From Lentimicrobiaceae bacterium (GTDB lineage: Bacteria > Bacteroidota > Bacteroidia > Bacteroidales > P3), in NCBI GenBank assembly GCA_022510485.1, contig JAFLTI010000004.1, forward strand, positions 23,011-87,010: a stretch of DNA of 64,000 bases, given 5' to 3'. Made by a program: the position numbers and the translations under genes. Below are positions 28,501 through 37,023 of the stretch, piece by piece. The notes under the pieces were generated by a model. That model searched no databases. It had not been told where the DNA came from and saw nothing but the letters and a program-made list of their open reading frames with translations. Numbering within the stretch: the stretch's first letter is position 1; the number at the start of each line of letters is the position of its first letter.

Positions 28501-29777
28501 TAAGCTGGCAGCAAGATCCGCTTGTAGACGAATGGATTGTAAAGGTATCTGATGGAAATACCTCCAACCGAGTTGCAACTGAAGAAAATAGCATTGAACT
28601 GACCGATTTGGTTAAGGCTACCCGCTATACTGTAGCTGTAGCTCGTCTTTGCGGAGAAGATACATCTGCTTGGGCTTCGGTTAACTTTACCACTGCCGGT
28701 GTGGAATGTGATCAGATTACCAATGTGGCTGTAAGCGAAATTACCCGTAATTCGGCTAAACTTACTTGGACGGGCGACGCTTTAAGTTACAGAATACGTA
28801 TACGTAAGGCAGGCAGCGGGGATGCATGGACAATTTTTACGGCACAGACCGAAGAATATGTACTTAAGCCTCTCTTGCCCCTGACCGAATATGAGGGTGG
28901 TGTTCAGGCTCTTTGTGGCGATGCGGCTGCGGATACAAATGCGTATGTGAATTTTGAAAACTTTACGACACCCGACGTTACCTGCCTCTCGCCCGAAAAT
29001 CTGAAGGCTGAACCTTCTTGGTATTATGTTAAACTTACTTGGGAAGGCGATGCCGAAAACTATCAGGTATCTTATAGAAGAGACGGAAGCACGGCTGTTT
29101 TGGGAACCTTTAATGTGGCCGGTAAAGAATACACCTTAACCGGTTTGGAAGAAAAGACACCGTATCAGGCTCGTGTACGCAGTGCCTGCGGCGAAGGTGA
29201 TACTAGTGCATGGTGCGAATGGATTACCTTTACCACTACCGAAACACCGGCTTGTCCTGTTCCTACCGGTTTGAAAGCGGAATCGATTACCATCAACTCC
29301 GCTGCGCTGTCTTGGGCTTGCGAAGATGAAGATGCAGCGTTTATCTTGCGTTTCCGTGCTTCTGCCGCCACTTCTTGGGACAGCGTTAAGAATCTTACCG
29401 TGATGAACTACGAATTGAAAGAACTGGAAGCAAATACGGCTTACACTTGGTCTGTAATGTCGGCTTGCTCCGAAAACCGCTATAGCGGTTGGGCAACGGC
29501 AGCCTCTTTTACCACTTTGGAAGAAACGGCAAATGAAAACTATGCTTCTGCCGATCTCCGGGTGGTAACGGGCAAAGGTCAGATTCATATCCTCAATCCT
29601 TCGGCTATGATGATTGATCGTGTCCGCATTTTGGGAACCGACGGTGTTATGCTCGAAAATTACAGGATTGGCAGCAATGAAAATGTTATCATTAGAACCA
29701 ATCAGTCGATGCGTGTTGTGGTGCTGCTTGTAGAAAGCGGAAACCAGATACTGCGTTACAAGGTTTTGTTGCCGTAA
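25515..29777 (+). CDS. Giant (1420 aa) secreted multidomain protein with two choice-of-anchor-J/MAM-like modules, five FN3-like modules and a T9SS C-terminal sorting domain
   Basis: Signal peptide MKKICCVLLLGLLALTGLRAQ. FEDFSN..PVGW and FIEDFDN..QVGW module starts. FN3-like units framed by Cys...C-G. C-terminal ~80 aa are beta-sandwich CTD-like. Confidence 0.75.
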   Translation: MKKICCVLLLGLLALTGLRAQSIVPYYGFEVEKGDSYTSLTDDATSLTQMTEAAADDFPFCLFNGTETKNLKDDSPMTMDGISLGFDFTFDGQVFDKFVVSGMGYICLGLKSETQVTVDGGFFPSLSGLYRLIDYTIGASTPAQAICAAPAKYKLEGESGSQTMTIEFATKYEISEDAVFHYQIKLYEADSKIEMLFDEFKTEWDWDPFAVGICGKGETYYMQTSGGNFNEDLSRSTSNAGGMLMSLNFEKGLKYTFTLPAACEVPDAAGEITFTPASASVALELKKTTGKGDAFIVVASENPITENPVDGTVYGVGDELAGGIVIGVEEDLRWDSYTVEHSDRYENELKSNTKYYYAVWFYNYQCAGDNKYGAAITAETTTLTSAPESLEFTAVSLSEIKLKATANSFGQDILIAVTNEHTTDGTGVNIVMKGEFGIPAADARVGDDLLSEYDEPAGKVIYVGPAGTEITFSDVTDNKIYHFGAFSKGTDGKYSTVFAQADTISPAKMPFFEDFSNMIPFSMPVGWVGTDPDFTVNRNPRNLQYTFPENTGTVQEVNLVLPPMDYPDKPLRLIMDYNMRIFVNRMWAGYDSGMWEETDSIVFEVSKDGGETYTPSYAITQANADQFASQNDYKIRTVTIRGLEGATQGKVRIRWHINKNSPAMTIQSIELMAVPDCDYPSMVTVDPGSIVGDKASVEWVAGESGESAWNISYALKTGTGFGNWSEPLLIDQKPYQLENLAVNQTYKVRVQAVCGVGQISEWVESAEFTSGWTTPFIEDFDNVPMEQVGWRISMKFPNQWFAFIGDEKEGIFTPADMYSTELTEYVSYLEWKTDEQAMPGYGYNGSLAYPMNQLDGTVLLQLPVVHLDETDDAKFVFDAAFGAIENDEFAVATETDSEFGMMVLVSQDKGKTFVVADALQTWDNEDLVALGGLTEVEVDLSDYQGEDIVLALAVTGRYDYALDRQYLWIDNMGVLLDCAEAKGLKVENITETTAQISWQQDPLVDEWIVKVSDGNTSNRVATEENSIELTDLVKATRYTVAVARLCGEDTSAWASVNFTTAGVECDQITNVAVSEITRNSAKLTWTGDALSYRIRIRKAGSGDAWTIFTAQTEEYVLKPLLPLTEYEGGVQALCGDAAADTNAYVNFENFTTPDVTCLSPENLKAEPSWYYVKLTWEGDAENYQVSYRRDGSTAVLGTFNVAGKEYTLTGLEEKTPYQARVRSACGEGDTSAWCEWITFTTTETPACPVPTGLKAESITINSAALSWACEDEDAAFILRFRASAATSWDSVKNLTVMNYELKELEANTAYTWSVMSACSENRYSGWATAASFTTLEETANENYASADLRVVTGKGQIHILNPSAMMIDRVRILGTDGVMLENYRIGSNENVIIRTNQSMRVVVLLVESGNQILRYKVLLP
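28446..29516 (+). repeat. Four tandem ~89-aa FN3-like modules at protein level inside the 1420-aa gene; a fifth solitary copy lies at 27543-27824
   Basis: Each unit starts with Cys and ends ..[AL]xCG[ED]..S.W....FTT. Examples: CAEAKGLKVENI...ARLCGEDTSAWASVNFTT, CDQITNVAV...ALCGD..., CLSPENLKA...SACGEGDTSAWCEWITFTT, CPVPTGLKA...SACSENRYSGWATAASFTT. Confidence 0.7.
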
Positions 29778-29795
29778 TGCCATAACCTAAAAATG

Positions 29796-29833
29796 AAAGA
29801 AAGGGGGCGGATTTATCCGCCCCCTTTCTTTTT
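29796..29833 (+). terminator. Intrinsic terminator after the T9SS-cargo block
   Basis: GAAAGGGGGCGGAT-TT-ATCCGCCCCCTTTC, extended by A/T pairs and followed by a T run. Confidence 0.8.
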
Positions 29834-29855
29834 ATGCCCAAATTAGGAAAAAGTG

Positions 29856-29863
29856 TATCTTTG
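29856..29863 (+). promoter_or_regulatory. -7 promoter motif TATCTTTG for metK
   Basis: Exact TAnnTTTG 137 nt upstream of the metK ATG, which leaves a long leader. Confidence 0.5.
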
Positions 29864-29867
29864 CCAC

Positions 29868-29918
29868 CGATTAGTGGAAAGATTTGGCTGCTTGCTACCA
29901 CGTTAAAAAAAGCTAAAA
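29868..29918 (+). promoter_or_regulatory. Candidate SAM-II/SAM-V-like pseudoknot riboswitch in the metK leader
   Basis: CCGATTAGTGGAAAGATTTGGCTGCTTGCTACCACGTTAAAAAAAGCTAAAAC. GTGG/CCAC forms a helix whose loop (GCTT) can pair with the downstream A-rich AAAGC tail, giving an H-type pseudoknot. The GATTT..GGCT..GCTT....AAAGCT pattern matches my memory of the SAM-II consensus. Not verified with a covariance model. Confidence 0.35.
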
Positions 29919-30000
29919 CGCATTCTATTCTTGCTTTTTCGCACGTTTCAGGCTGCCGTAAATCCGCTTTTAGACTGTTTAACCTTATAGCATTACTGAA

Positions 30001-31281
30001 ATGTCGTATCTGTTTACATCCGAATCGGTTTCGGCAGGACATCCGGACAAGGTTGCCGATATGATTTCCGATTCTTTGCTCGATGAATTCTTGCGTCAGG
30101 ACCCCGATGCCAAGGTGGCTTGCGAAACTTTGGTTACCACAGGCTTGGTGATATGTGCCGGGGAGGTAAAGACGGAGGGCTATGTGGATATACAGCAAAC
30201 CGCCCGCGATACGGTTCGCGAAATAGGATACACCAAAGGCGAATACCAGTTTGAAAGCAATTCCTGCGGTGTGATTTCCACCATTCACAGTCAGTCGCCC
30301 GATATAAACCAAGGGGTGGAGCGTAAAAAAGAAGAAGAACAGGGCGCCGGCGACCAAGGCTTGATGTTTGGCTATGCCTGCCGCGATACGGAAGAATATA
30401 TGCCGCTTCCTATCTATTTGGCGCACGAAATACTTAAGGAGTTAGACGCCATTCGCAAGGCGGGCAGGAAAATGCCTTATCTGCGCCCTGATGCCAAGAG
30501 TCAGGTAACGATTCGTTACTCCGACAACGGACAGCCCGAGGGTATCGACACTTTGGTCCTTTCCTGTCAGCACGATGAGTTTGACAGCGAAAAGAAGATG
30601 TTGGAAAAAATTACCGACGATGTACGCAATATCCTTATTCCCTCGCTCTTGAAGAAGATGCCCAAGAATATCAAAGATCTGTTTGCTAAAAAATACAAGT
30701 TGTTCGTGAACCCTACCGGCAAGTTCGTTATAGGCGGACCGCACGGCGATACGGGGCTTACCGGGCGCAAGATTATTGTAGATACATATGGGGGCAGGTC
30801 GGCGCACGGCGGCGGCGCGTTTTCGGGCAAGGATTCGTCTAAGGTAGACCGCTCGGCGGCTTACGCCATGCGCCATATCGCCAAAAATCTGGTGGCGGCG
30901 GGCGTTTGCGATCAGGTAATGGTTCAGGTAGCCTACGCTATAGGCGTGGCGCAGCCTGTGGGGCTTTACGTAAACACTTTCGGAACTTCGCACGTGGCGC
31001 AGAGCGACGGAGAGATAGCCGAAACGATCCGCAAGAACGTAGATTTGCGCCCATACGCTATTGTAAAACGCTTTGGTTTGCGCAACCCCATATTCAAACC
31101 TACCGCAAGTTACGGTCATTTCGGCAGAAAGCCGTATAAGCAGGAAGTAGAGGTATTTTACAAGGATGCCGAAACCAAGGTAAGGAAATCGGGAAAGACC
31201 GAAAGGTATTTCAAAACCGTAGAGTTCTTTGCATGGGAAAAGACCGATTTGGCGGCATCTTTCAAAAAACTTTTCAGATAG
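30001..31281 (+). CDS. metK: S-adenosylmethionine synthetase
   Basis: [28 protein letters not shown] and GGGAFSGKD motifs. Confidence 0.96.
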   Translation: MSYLFTSESVSAGHPDKVADMISDSLLDEFLRQDPDAKVACETLVTTGLVICAGEVKTEGYVDIQQTARDTVREIGYTKGEYQFESNSCGVISTIHSQSPDINQGVERKKEEEQGAGDQGLMFGYACRDTEEYMPLPIYLAHEILKELDAIRKAGRKMPYLRPDAKSQVTIRYSDNGQPEGIDTLVLSCQHDEFDSEKKMLEKITDDVRNILIPSLLKKMPKNIKDLFAKKYKLFVNPTGKFVIGGPHGDTGLTGRKIIVDTYGGRSAHGGGAFSGKDSSKVDRSAAYAMRHIAKNLVAAGVCDQVMVQVAYAIGVAQPVGLYVNTFGTSHVAQSDGEIAETIRKNVDLRPYAIVKRFGLRNPIFKPTASYGHFGRKPYKQEVEVFYKDAETKVRKSGKTERYFKTVEFFAWEKTDLAASFKKLFR

Positions 31282-32628
31282 ATGGAATATATCCTCAAGA
31301 ATGCCTTTTTAATTAACGAGGGCAAGTGCGAAAAAGGCGGATTGCAGATTAGAGACGGCAAGATTGCCGCCCTTTGGAGCGGAAACGTACCGCAAGAAAT
31401 TTCCGCGCATACGAACTCTTGCAAGGAGGAGATAGACTTGCAGGGAGCCTGTATTTTTCCCGGCATTATCGACGATCATGTGCATTTCAGGCAGCCCGGA
31501 CTTACCCACAAGGGCAGTATCGCTTCTGAATCGGCGGCGGCACTCAGGGGAGGGGTAACTTCCTTTATGGATATGCCCAACACCAAGCCTCAGACCCTTA
31601 CCCAAGAGCTTTTGCAGCAGAAATACGATATGGCAGCGCAGGACAGCCTTATAAACTATTCCTTTTATATGGGCTGCAGTGAAGACAATCTGCACGAGGT
31701 TCTGAGCACCGACCCGCACAAGGTTTGCGGCATCAAGCTGTTTTTGGGTTCGTCTACCGGCAATATGTTGGTTCGCGACCCGCAATACCTGCAAACTCTT
31801 TTCAAAGAAGCGCCCGCTTTGATTGCCGTGCATGCCGAAGACGAAGCGATTATAAGCCGCAATACGGCTGTTTTTAGAGAAAAATACGGCTTAAACGCCC
31901 CTTTCTCGGTTCATCCGCAGATAAGGAGCGCGGCGGCGTGCCTTAAATCGTCTTCTTTTGCGGCGGTTTTGGCGCAACAATACAATACGAGGCTGCATAT
32001 ATTGCATATCTCCACCAAAGAAGAACTGGATTTGCTTCAAGAGGGGCTTATTTCGGGCGAGGTATGTACCAATTACCTTTGGTTCAGCCGGGAAGACTAT
32101 AAGCAAAAAACTTGGCGTATCAAGTGCAATCCCGCCATCAAGACGATGGAAGACCGTCAGGCTTTGCGCCTTGCCGTAATGGAGGGCAAGGTAACTGTGG
32201 GAACCGACCACGCTCCCCATACGGAGGCAGAAAAGAACAAGCCCTATTTTGAATGTCCGTCGGGAACGCCCGGCGTGCAGCACGCTTTGCCTTTGATGCT
32301 TGAATTGGCATATAGGGGAGAGTTTGGCTTACCCGAAATAGCGGAGGCGATGTGCCATTGTCCGGCACGGATTTTCGGCATAGAGAACCGAGGTTTTTTA
32401 CGTATCGGCTATGTCGCCGACCTTGCCATTGTTGACCCTCGGCAAGAATGGAGGGTGGAAGCGTCGAATATCGCCTATGCCTGTGGCTGGAGCCCGCTTG
32501 AGGGGCAGGATTTGCACGGACAGGTAAAAATGACTTTTGTAAACGGCAGGCTCGTTTATCGGGACGGCAATATCTTAGAACCCTCTTATCGCGGAGAACG
32601 ATTGCTTTTTAACCCGCCCTCACTTTAG
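31282..32628 (+). CDS. pyrC: Dihydroorotase (cyclic amidohydrolase superfamily)
   Basis: IIDDHVHFRQPG, GGVTSFMDMPNTKP, VGTDHAPH. The ATG directly abuts the metK stop. Confidence 0.75.
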   Translation: MEYILKNAFLINEGKCEKGGLQIRDGKIAALWSGNVPQEISAHTNSCKEEIDLQGACIFPGIIDDHVHFRQPGLTHKGSIASESAAALRGGVTSFMDMPNTKPQTLTQELLQQKYDMAAQDSLINYSFYMGCSEDNLHEVLSTDPHKVCGIKLFLGSSTGNMLVRDPQYLQTLFKEAPALIAVHAEDEAIISRNTAVFREKYGLNAPFSVHPQIRSAAACLKSSSFAAVLAQQYNTRLHILHISTKEELDLLQEGLISGEVCTNYLWFSREDYKQKTWRIKCNPAIKTMEDRQALRLAVMEGKVTVGTDHAPHTEAEKNKPYFECPSGTPGVQHALPLMLELAYRGEFGLPEIAEAMCHCPARIFGIENRGFLRIGYVADLAIVDPRQEWRVEASNIAYACGWSPLEGQDLHGQVKMTFVNGRLVYRDGNILEPSYRGERLLFNPPSL

Positions 32629-35094
32629 AATCTCCAATTTGGCGAACTTGGTGAGCAAGGTTTTTTCGCCCACACCCGGCGTATCGAATTTTACCGTAAC
32701 CTTTCCGTTGGCACCCTCGCCGTCGGTAGAAACCACGCTTCCTGTTCCGAACTTGGCATGTCTTACCCTCGCTCCGGCTACCAAACCTGTAATTGAACCG
32801 GCATCTCCGGAAGCCGAACCGGCAGGTCTTGCTGCATTTACTTCCGAAAGTTTTTTGAACTTGCCCGAACTTAAGTCGGGTTTAGGCTGTTTGAATACAA
32901 CGGTTCTTTCGGGGCGTTTCATAGGAGCCCAATCGGAATAATCGTCGTTGAAACCGATATTTTCAAAGGGATTGGTTTGCAGCAGACCGGGGTTTTCTAT
33001 GTGGGAACTGTCTAATTCCAACAGAAAGCGGCTCGGTTCACAAAAATCGGGTTCTCCCCAGCGCATACGGTGGTTGGCGAAAGAAAGCCATAGTCCTTTT
33101 TCGGCGCGGGTAACGGCAACGTAAAACAAGCGGCGTTCTTCTTCTACCTCCTCGCGCGTATTGAGGCTTTGTGCGGCAGGAAACAGGTTTTCTTCGCAAC
33201 CTGCCACAAAAACGTAGGGAAATTCCAGCCCTTTTGCCGCATGAACGGTCATAAGCGTAACCTTGTCGGCTTCGGGATCGTCCTTTTTGTCGTCTTGGTC
33301 GGTAAGCAATGCCACATCCTGTAAAAAGCGGTCGAGCGTAACGGTGCCCTCTATCGCCACCATTTCGCCTGTTTCTTCGTCTACCATAAGCGGGTCTTCC
33401 TCGCAGAACGACTTTACCGCATTAAGCAATTCTTCTACGTTATTGATGCGGTTCTCGCTTTCGGGCGTGTTTTCTTGCTTGTATTCGTTGTATAGACCGC
33501 TGGCGTTCCAAATCAGGTTTGCCATTTCAAAGGCGTCGGTTTGATGAAAACGGGCGTTCAATCCCAAAATCATATCCGTAAGGTTGGCAAGTTTGGCGCG
33601 TGTGCCCGAATTAACGGCATTTGCCACCGAATCTCTAAAAGAAAGCAAGGTTTCGGTAGAGGAAAAGGCTTCTGCGGGAGCACCCATATTGAGCAGCAGG
33701 CGGCGCATGGATTCGTTGATTTCGGGTAGGGCGGGTTTGGTTTCGGAACGCAGGCAGAGTATGCCTTCCCAGATACCGCCGCCGCACAAAGCACCCAATA
33801 ACCGCAGGCGGGCAATGGTGGTATCGCCTATACCTCTTGACGGATTGTTGATGCAGCGCAAAAGCGATTCTTCGTCTTTGGGATTGCCTACCCAGCGAAA
33901 ATAGGATATAAGGTCTTTGATTTCCTTTCGGCGGTAAAAGCTCAGACCTCCGTAGATGCGGTAGGGAATATTGAGTTTACGTAAGGCATCTTCTATGAGT
34001 TTACTTTGGCTGTTGGTACGGTACAGCACGGCAAAATCCTTAGGTCTTGCCTGATTTTCCATGCGTATCTGAAATAGTTTGTGCGCTATGTTGTCGCCCT
34101 CTTCCCTATCGCCTGCGGAGCGCATCAGGCTTACTTTGTTGCCCTCCTCGTTGTCGGTCCATATCTTTTTGGGAATACGGTCTTTGTTGTTTTCTATAAT
34201 CGAGTTGGAAAGCGCCACGATATGCCCGGTAGAACGGTAGTTCTGTTCCAGCTTGAATTTTTTCATCTGCGGGTAGTCGGTCTCAAAATTGAGGATATTC
34301 TGTATGTTGGCGCCGCGAAAACTGTAAATGCTCTGCGAATCGTCGCCCACCACGCAAATGTTCTGATGTGCGGCGGCAAGTTTCTTTACAATCAGGTATT
34401 GGGCATAGTTGGTGTCTTGATACTCGTCTACCATAATGTAACGGAAACGCTTTTGGTATTTGTGCAGCGTTTCGGGAAAATCCCTGAAAAGCACGTTGGT
34501 GTTGAACAGCAGGTCGTCAAAATCCATAATCGAAGCCTGCCGCATACGGCGGTCGTATTCAAGAAAGATACGTCCCGTTTCGGGCAGGTTCATCCGTTTG
34601 TCTTCTTCATAAAAAGCGTGGGTTTCGCTGTAGTATTGGGCGGATATAAGGCTGTTCTTTGCCATCGAGATACGGTAAAGGATCCGGGAATCCTTGTATT
34701 GCTTAGGGTCGAGGTTAAAATCCTTTACAATTTTTTTAATGAGCGATTTACAGTCGTCGGTATCGTAAATGTTAAAGGTTTTCTGATACCCGATGAGTTC
34801 TGCCTCGGCGTGCAGTATCTTAGAAAAAATGGAATGGAAAGTGCCCATCCACAGCGAGCGGGCGTCGGGACCTACCAAAGAGGTGATGCGGGCTTCCATT
34901 TCGCGGGCGGCTTTGTTGGTAAAGGTAAGAGCCAATATGCGGAAAGGGTCGCACCCCTGTTCTATGAGATGGGCTATGCGGTAAGTAAGCGTGCGGGTTT
35001 TGCCTGAACCGGCGCCGGCAATGATCATTACCGGACCTTCGATTTGTTGCGCTGCTGCCCGCTGCTCCTGATTAAGACTGTCTAATAAGCTCAT
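32620..35094 (-). CDS. ATP-dependent DNA helicase, UvrD/PcrA/Rep family
   Basis: Start at ATG 35094 (MSLLDSLNQEQRAAA). AGAGSGKTRTL (Walker A), VDEYQDTN, and a C-terminal Tudor-like tail (RVRHAKFGTGSVV). The 3-prime end overlaps pyrC by 9 nt in convergent orientation. Confidence 0.9.
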   Translation of the reverse strand: MSLLDSLNQEQRAAAQQIEGPVMIIAGAGSGKTRTLTYRIAHLIEQGCDPFRILALTFTNKAAREMEARITSLVGPDARSLWMGTFHSIFSKILHAEAELIGYQKTFNIYDTDDCKSLIKKIVKDFNLDPKQYKDSRILYRISMAKNSLISAQYYSETHAFYEEDKRMNLPETGRIFLEYDRRMRQASIMDFDDLLFNTNVLFRDFPETLHKYQKRFRYIMVDEYQDTNYAQYLIVKKLAAAHQNICVVGDDSQSIYSFRGANIQNILNFETDYPQMKKFKLEQNYRSTGHIVALSNSIIENNKDRIPKKIWTDNEEGNKVSLMRSAGDREEGDNIAHKLFQIRMENQARPKDFAVLYRTNSQSKLIEDALRKLNIPYRIYGGLSFYRRKEIKDLISYFRWVGNPKDEESLLRCINNPSRGIGDTTIARLRLLGALCGGGIWEGILCLRSETKPALPEINESMRRLLLNMGAPAEAFSSTETLLSFRDSVANAVNSGTRAKLANLTDMILGLNARFHQTDAFEMANLIWNASGLYNEYKQENTPESENRINNVEELLNAVKSFCEEDPLMVDEETGEMVAIEGTVTLDRFLQDVALLTDQDDKKDDPEADKVTLMTVHAAKGLEFPYVFVAGCEENLFPAAQSLNTREEVEEERRLFYVAVTRAEKGLWLSFANHRMRWGEPDFCEPSRFLLELDSSHIENPGLLQTNPFENIGFNDDYSDWAPMKRPERTVVFKQPKPDLSSGKFKKLSEVNAARPAGSASGDAGSITGLVAGARVRHAKFGTGSVVSTDGEGANGKVTVKFDTPGVGEKTLLTKFAKLEILK

Positions 35095-35130
35095 TTTGTT
35101 TTGTTTGTGTGTAAAGTGGGAATGGCAGCA

Positions 35131-35138
35131 CAAAGGTA
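35131..35138 (-). promoter_or_regulatory. -7 promoter motif TACCTTTG (minus strand) for the helicase gene
   Basis: The plus strand reads CAAAGGTA, 37 nt upstream of ATG 35094. Confidence 0.45.
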
Positions 35139-35170
35139 GTGGAAAAATGGAAATGTGCCGTTTTTTTTCC

Positions 35171-35178
35171 TACTTTTG
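35171..35178 (+). promoter_or_regulatory. -7 promoter motif TACTTTTG for upp
   Basis: Exact TAnnTTTG 18 nt upstream of ATG 35197. Confidence 0.45.
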
Positions 35179-35196
35179 CGCTATCTGTTTACTGTT

Positions 35197-35856
35197 ATGG
35201 AAATAAAACTTTTGGATAAACGCAATTCTTGGTTTTTGCGTTTTATGTCGGAACTCCGTGATCGCGATATACAGCGGGATCCGATGCGTTTTCGTGAGAA
35301 TCTGCGGCGTATAGGTCAAATCTTTGCCTATGAAATCAGCAAGGAAATGGAGTACCAGTTGCAGACGGTGCAGACTCCCTTGGGCGAAAAGGCAATGAAT
35401 CTGCCGGTGGAAGACCCTGTGGTGGCAAGCATATTACGCGCCGGATTGCCTTTGCACGAAGGGGTGCTTTCGTTTTTTGACCGCGCCGGCAACGCCTTTA
35501 TTTCGGCATACCGCAAGCACGACGAAACGGGAGCTTTCCAAATTAAGATGGATTACGTTTCCTGTCCTGACTTGGAAAACAGAACGCTTATACTGTGCGA
35601 CCCCATGCTGGCTACAGGTTCTTCGATGGCTATCTGCTACCGTTCCCTGTTAGACTACGGAACGCCCGGGCATACGCACTTGGTTTCGATAATTGCCGCC
35701 GCCGAAGGTATTGAGTATTTGCAGAAGCAGATACCCTCCGACAACTGCACTTTATGGATAGGCTCGGTTGACGAGGAACTCACCGCCCAGTCTTATATCG
35801 TGCCGGGCTTGGGCGATGCGGGCGATTTGGCATTTGGCTGCAAGCTGCAAAATTAG
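35197..35856 (+). CDS. upp: Uracil phosphoribosyltransferase
   Basis: LCDPMLATGSS (PRPP loop) and YIVPGLGDAGD. Start at ATG 35197 (MEIKLLDKRN). Confidence 0.85.
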   Translation: MEIKLLDKRNSWFLRFMSELRDRDIQRDPMRFRENLRRIGQIFAYEISKEMEYQLQTVQTPLGEKAMNLPVEDPVVASILRAGLPLHEGVLSFFDRAGNAFISAYRKHDETGAFQIKMDYVSCPDLENRTLILCDPMLATGSSMAICYRSLLDYGTPGHTHLVSIIAAAEGIEYLQKQIPSDNCTLWIGSVDEELTAQSYIVPGLGDAGDLAFGCKLQN

Positions 35857-35867
35857 AGACCTGAGCC

Positions 35868-37016
35868 ATGCTGCTGCTTATTATATATCTGCTTTTGGCT
35901 CTCTGCGTGTCGTTTGTCTGCTCGGTTTTAGAAGCCGTATTGCTTTCCACGCCGCTTTCCTATATGGAAGTAATCAAGGCAAACGTAAAGATGCAGGCTG
36001 TCAAAGAGGGTATTACCCGCCATCTGCACCGAAAGTTACACTCTGTTCTGATTTTTGTAAAGCTTAAAGACAATATAGGCCGTTCCCTGTCTTCTATCCT
36101 TTCGCTCAACACGGTTGCCAACACTATAGGCGCGGCGGGCGTGGGAGCGCAAAGTGCCAAGGTTTTCGGCAACGCTTATGTGGGCATAGCTTCGGTAATC
36201 CTTACATTCGCCATCTTGGTGTTTTCCGAAATCCTGCCCAAAAGCCTCGGTGCCCGCTATTGGCGCAAACTCTGCCTGTTTGCAGGGCGTGTAATCTGCG
36301 TGTTGGTATGGATTTGCTATCCTTTGGTAATTCTTTCCGACGGCATCTCTTGGTTGGTTACAAGGGGCAAGAAAGATCCGGGCGTGAGCCGTGAAGAGGT
36401 TTCCGCCTTGGTGAACATAGGTTCTAAGGAAGGTATCTTTTCGCACGAAGAATTGCATGGGCTTCGCAGTATGTTGGACTTGCGGAACTTGCGTGTGCGC
36501 GACATCATGACCCCGCGTATGGTTGCCGTTACGGCTTGCGAGGAAATGACCTTGGGCGAGTTCTACCGCGAAAAAAACTATCTGAAATATTCGCGTATTC
36601 CTGTTTACGAAGAAGAAAATCCGGATAAGATTACAGGCTTTGTATTGCTCAAACACGTGTTTGAACAGTTGGCGGCAGACCGTTTCGACTTAAAGCTGAA
36701 ATCTATCAAACGCCCCATTTTCGTGGCGGTAGAAAGTCAAAAACTGCTTTCGCTCTGGAACCGTATGCAGCAAACGCCCAACGAGGAAAACACACCGCAT
36801 CCGGGTCGCAAGAAACGCGAGCAGATTGCTATGGTGGTAGACGAATACGGCAGTTTTGTGGGAATCGTTACCGTAGAAGATATGGTGGAAACGATGTTGG
36901 GTATGGAAATCGTAGACGAAAAAGACACGATTACCGATATGCAGCAATATGCCCGCCAAAAGTGGGTTTCTTCCAGAACCTATCACCGCATAGACCAAGA
37001 AGACGACGGTAAATAA
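35868..37016 (+). CDS. CNNM/DUF21 transmembrane domain plus CBS-pair protein (HlyC/CorC-like)
   Basis: N-terminal TM region with SLNTVANTIGAAGVGAQ and SEILPKSLG, then RVRDIMTPR (first CBS) and IAMVVDEYGSFVGIVTVEDMVE (second CBS). Confidence 0.8.
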   Translation: MLLLIIYLLLALCVSFVCSVLEAVLLSTPLSYMEVIKANVKMQAVKEGITRHLHRKLHSVLIFVKLKDNIGRSLSSILSLNTVANTIGAAGVGAQSAKVFGNAYVGIASVILTFAILVFSEILPKSLGARYWRKLCLFAGRVICVLVWICYPLVILSDGISWLVTRGKKDPGVSREEVSALVNIGSKEGIFSHEELHGLRSMLDLRNLRVRDIMTPRMVAVTACEEMTLGEFYREKNYLKYSRIPVYEEENPDKITGFVLLKHVFEQLAADRFDLKLKSIKRPIFVAVESQKLLSLWNRMQQTPNEENTPHPGRKKREQIAMVVDEYGSFVGIVTVEDMVETMLGMEIVDEKDTITDMQQYARQKWVSSRTYHRIDQEDDGK

Positions 37017-37023
37017 AAACGCC

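Noticed and set aside
3478-29828. Possible REP-like family formed by the GC-rich hairpins at 3478-3511, 4155-4202 and 29799-29828.
   Set aside because: Only a 9-nt core (GGGGGCGGA) is shared between two of them and just G5 with the third. The stems are otherwise unrelated, and two of the hairpins are ordinary terminators by position.
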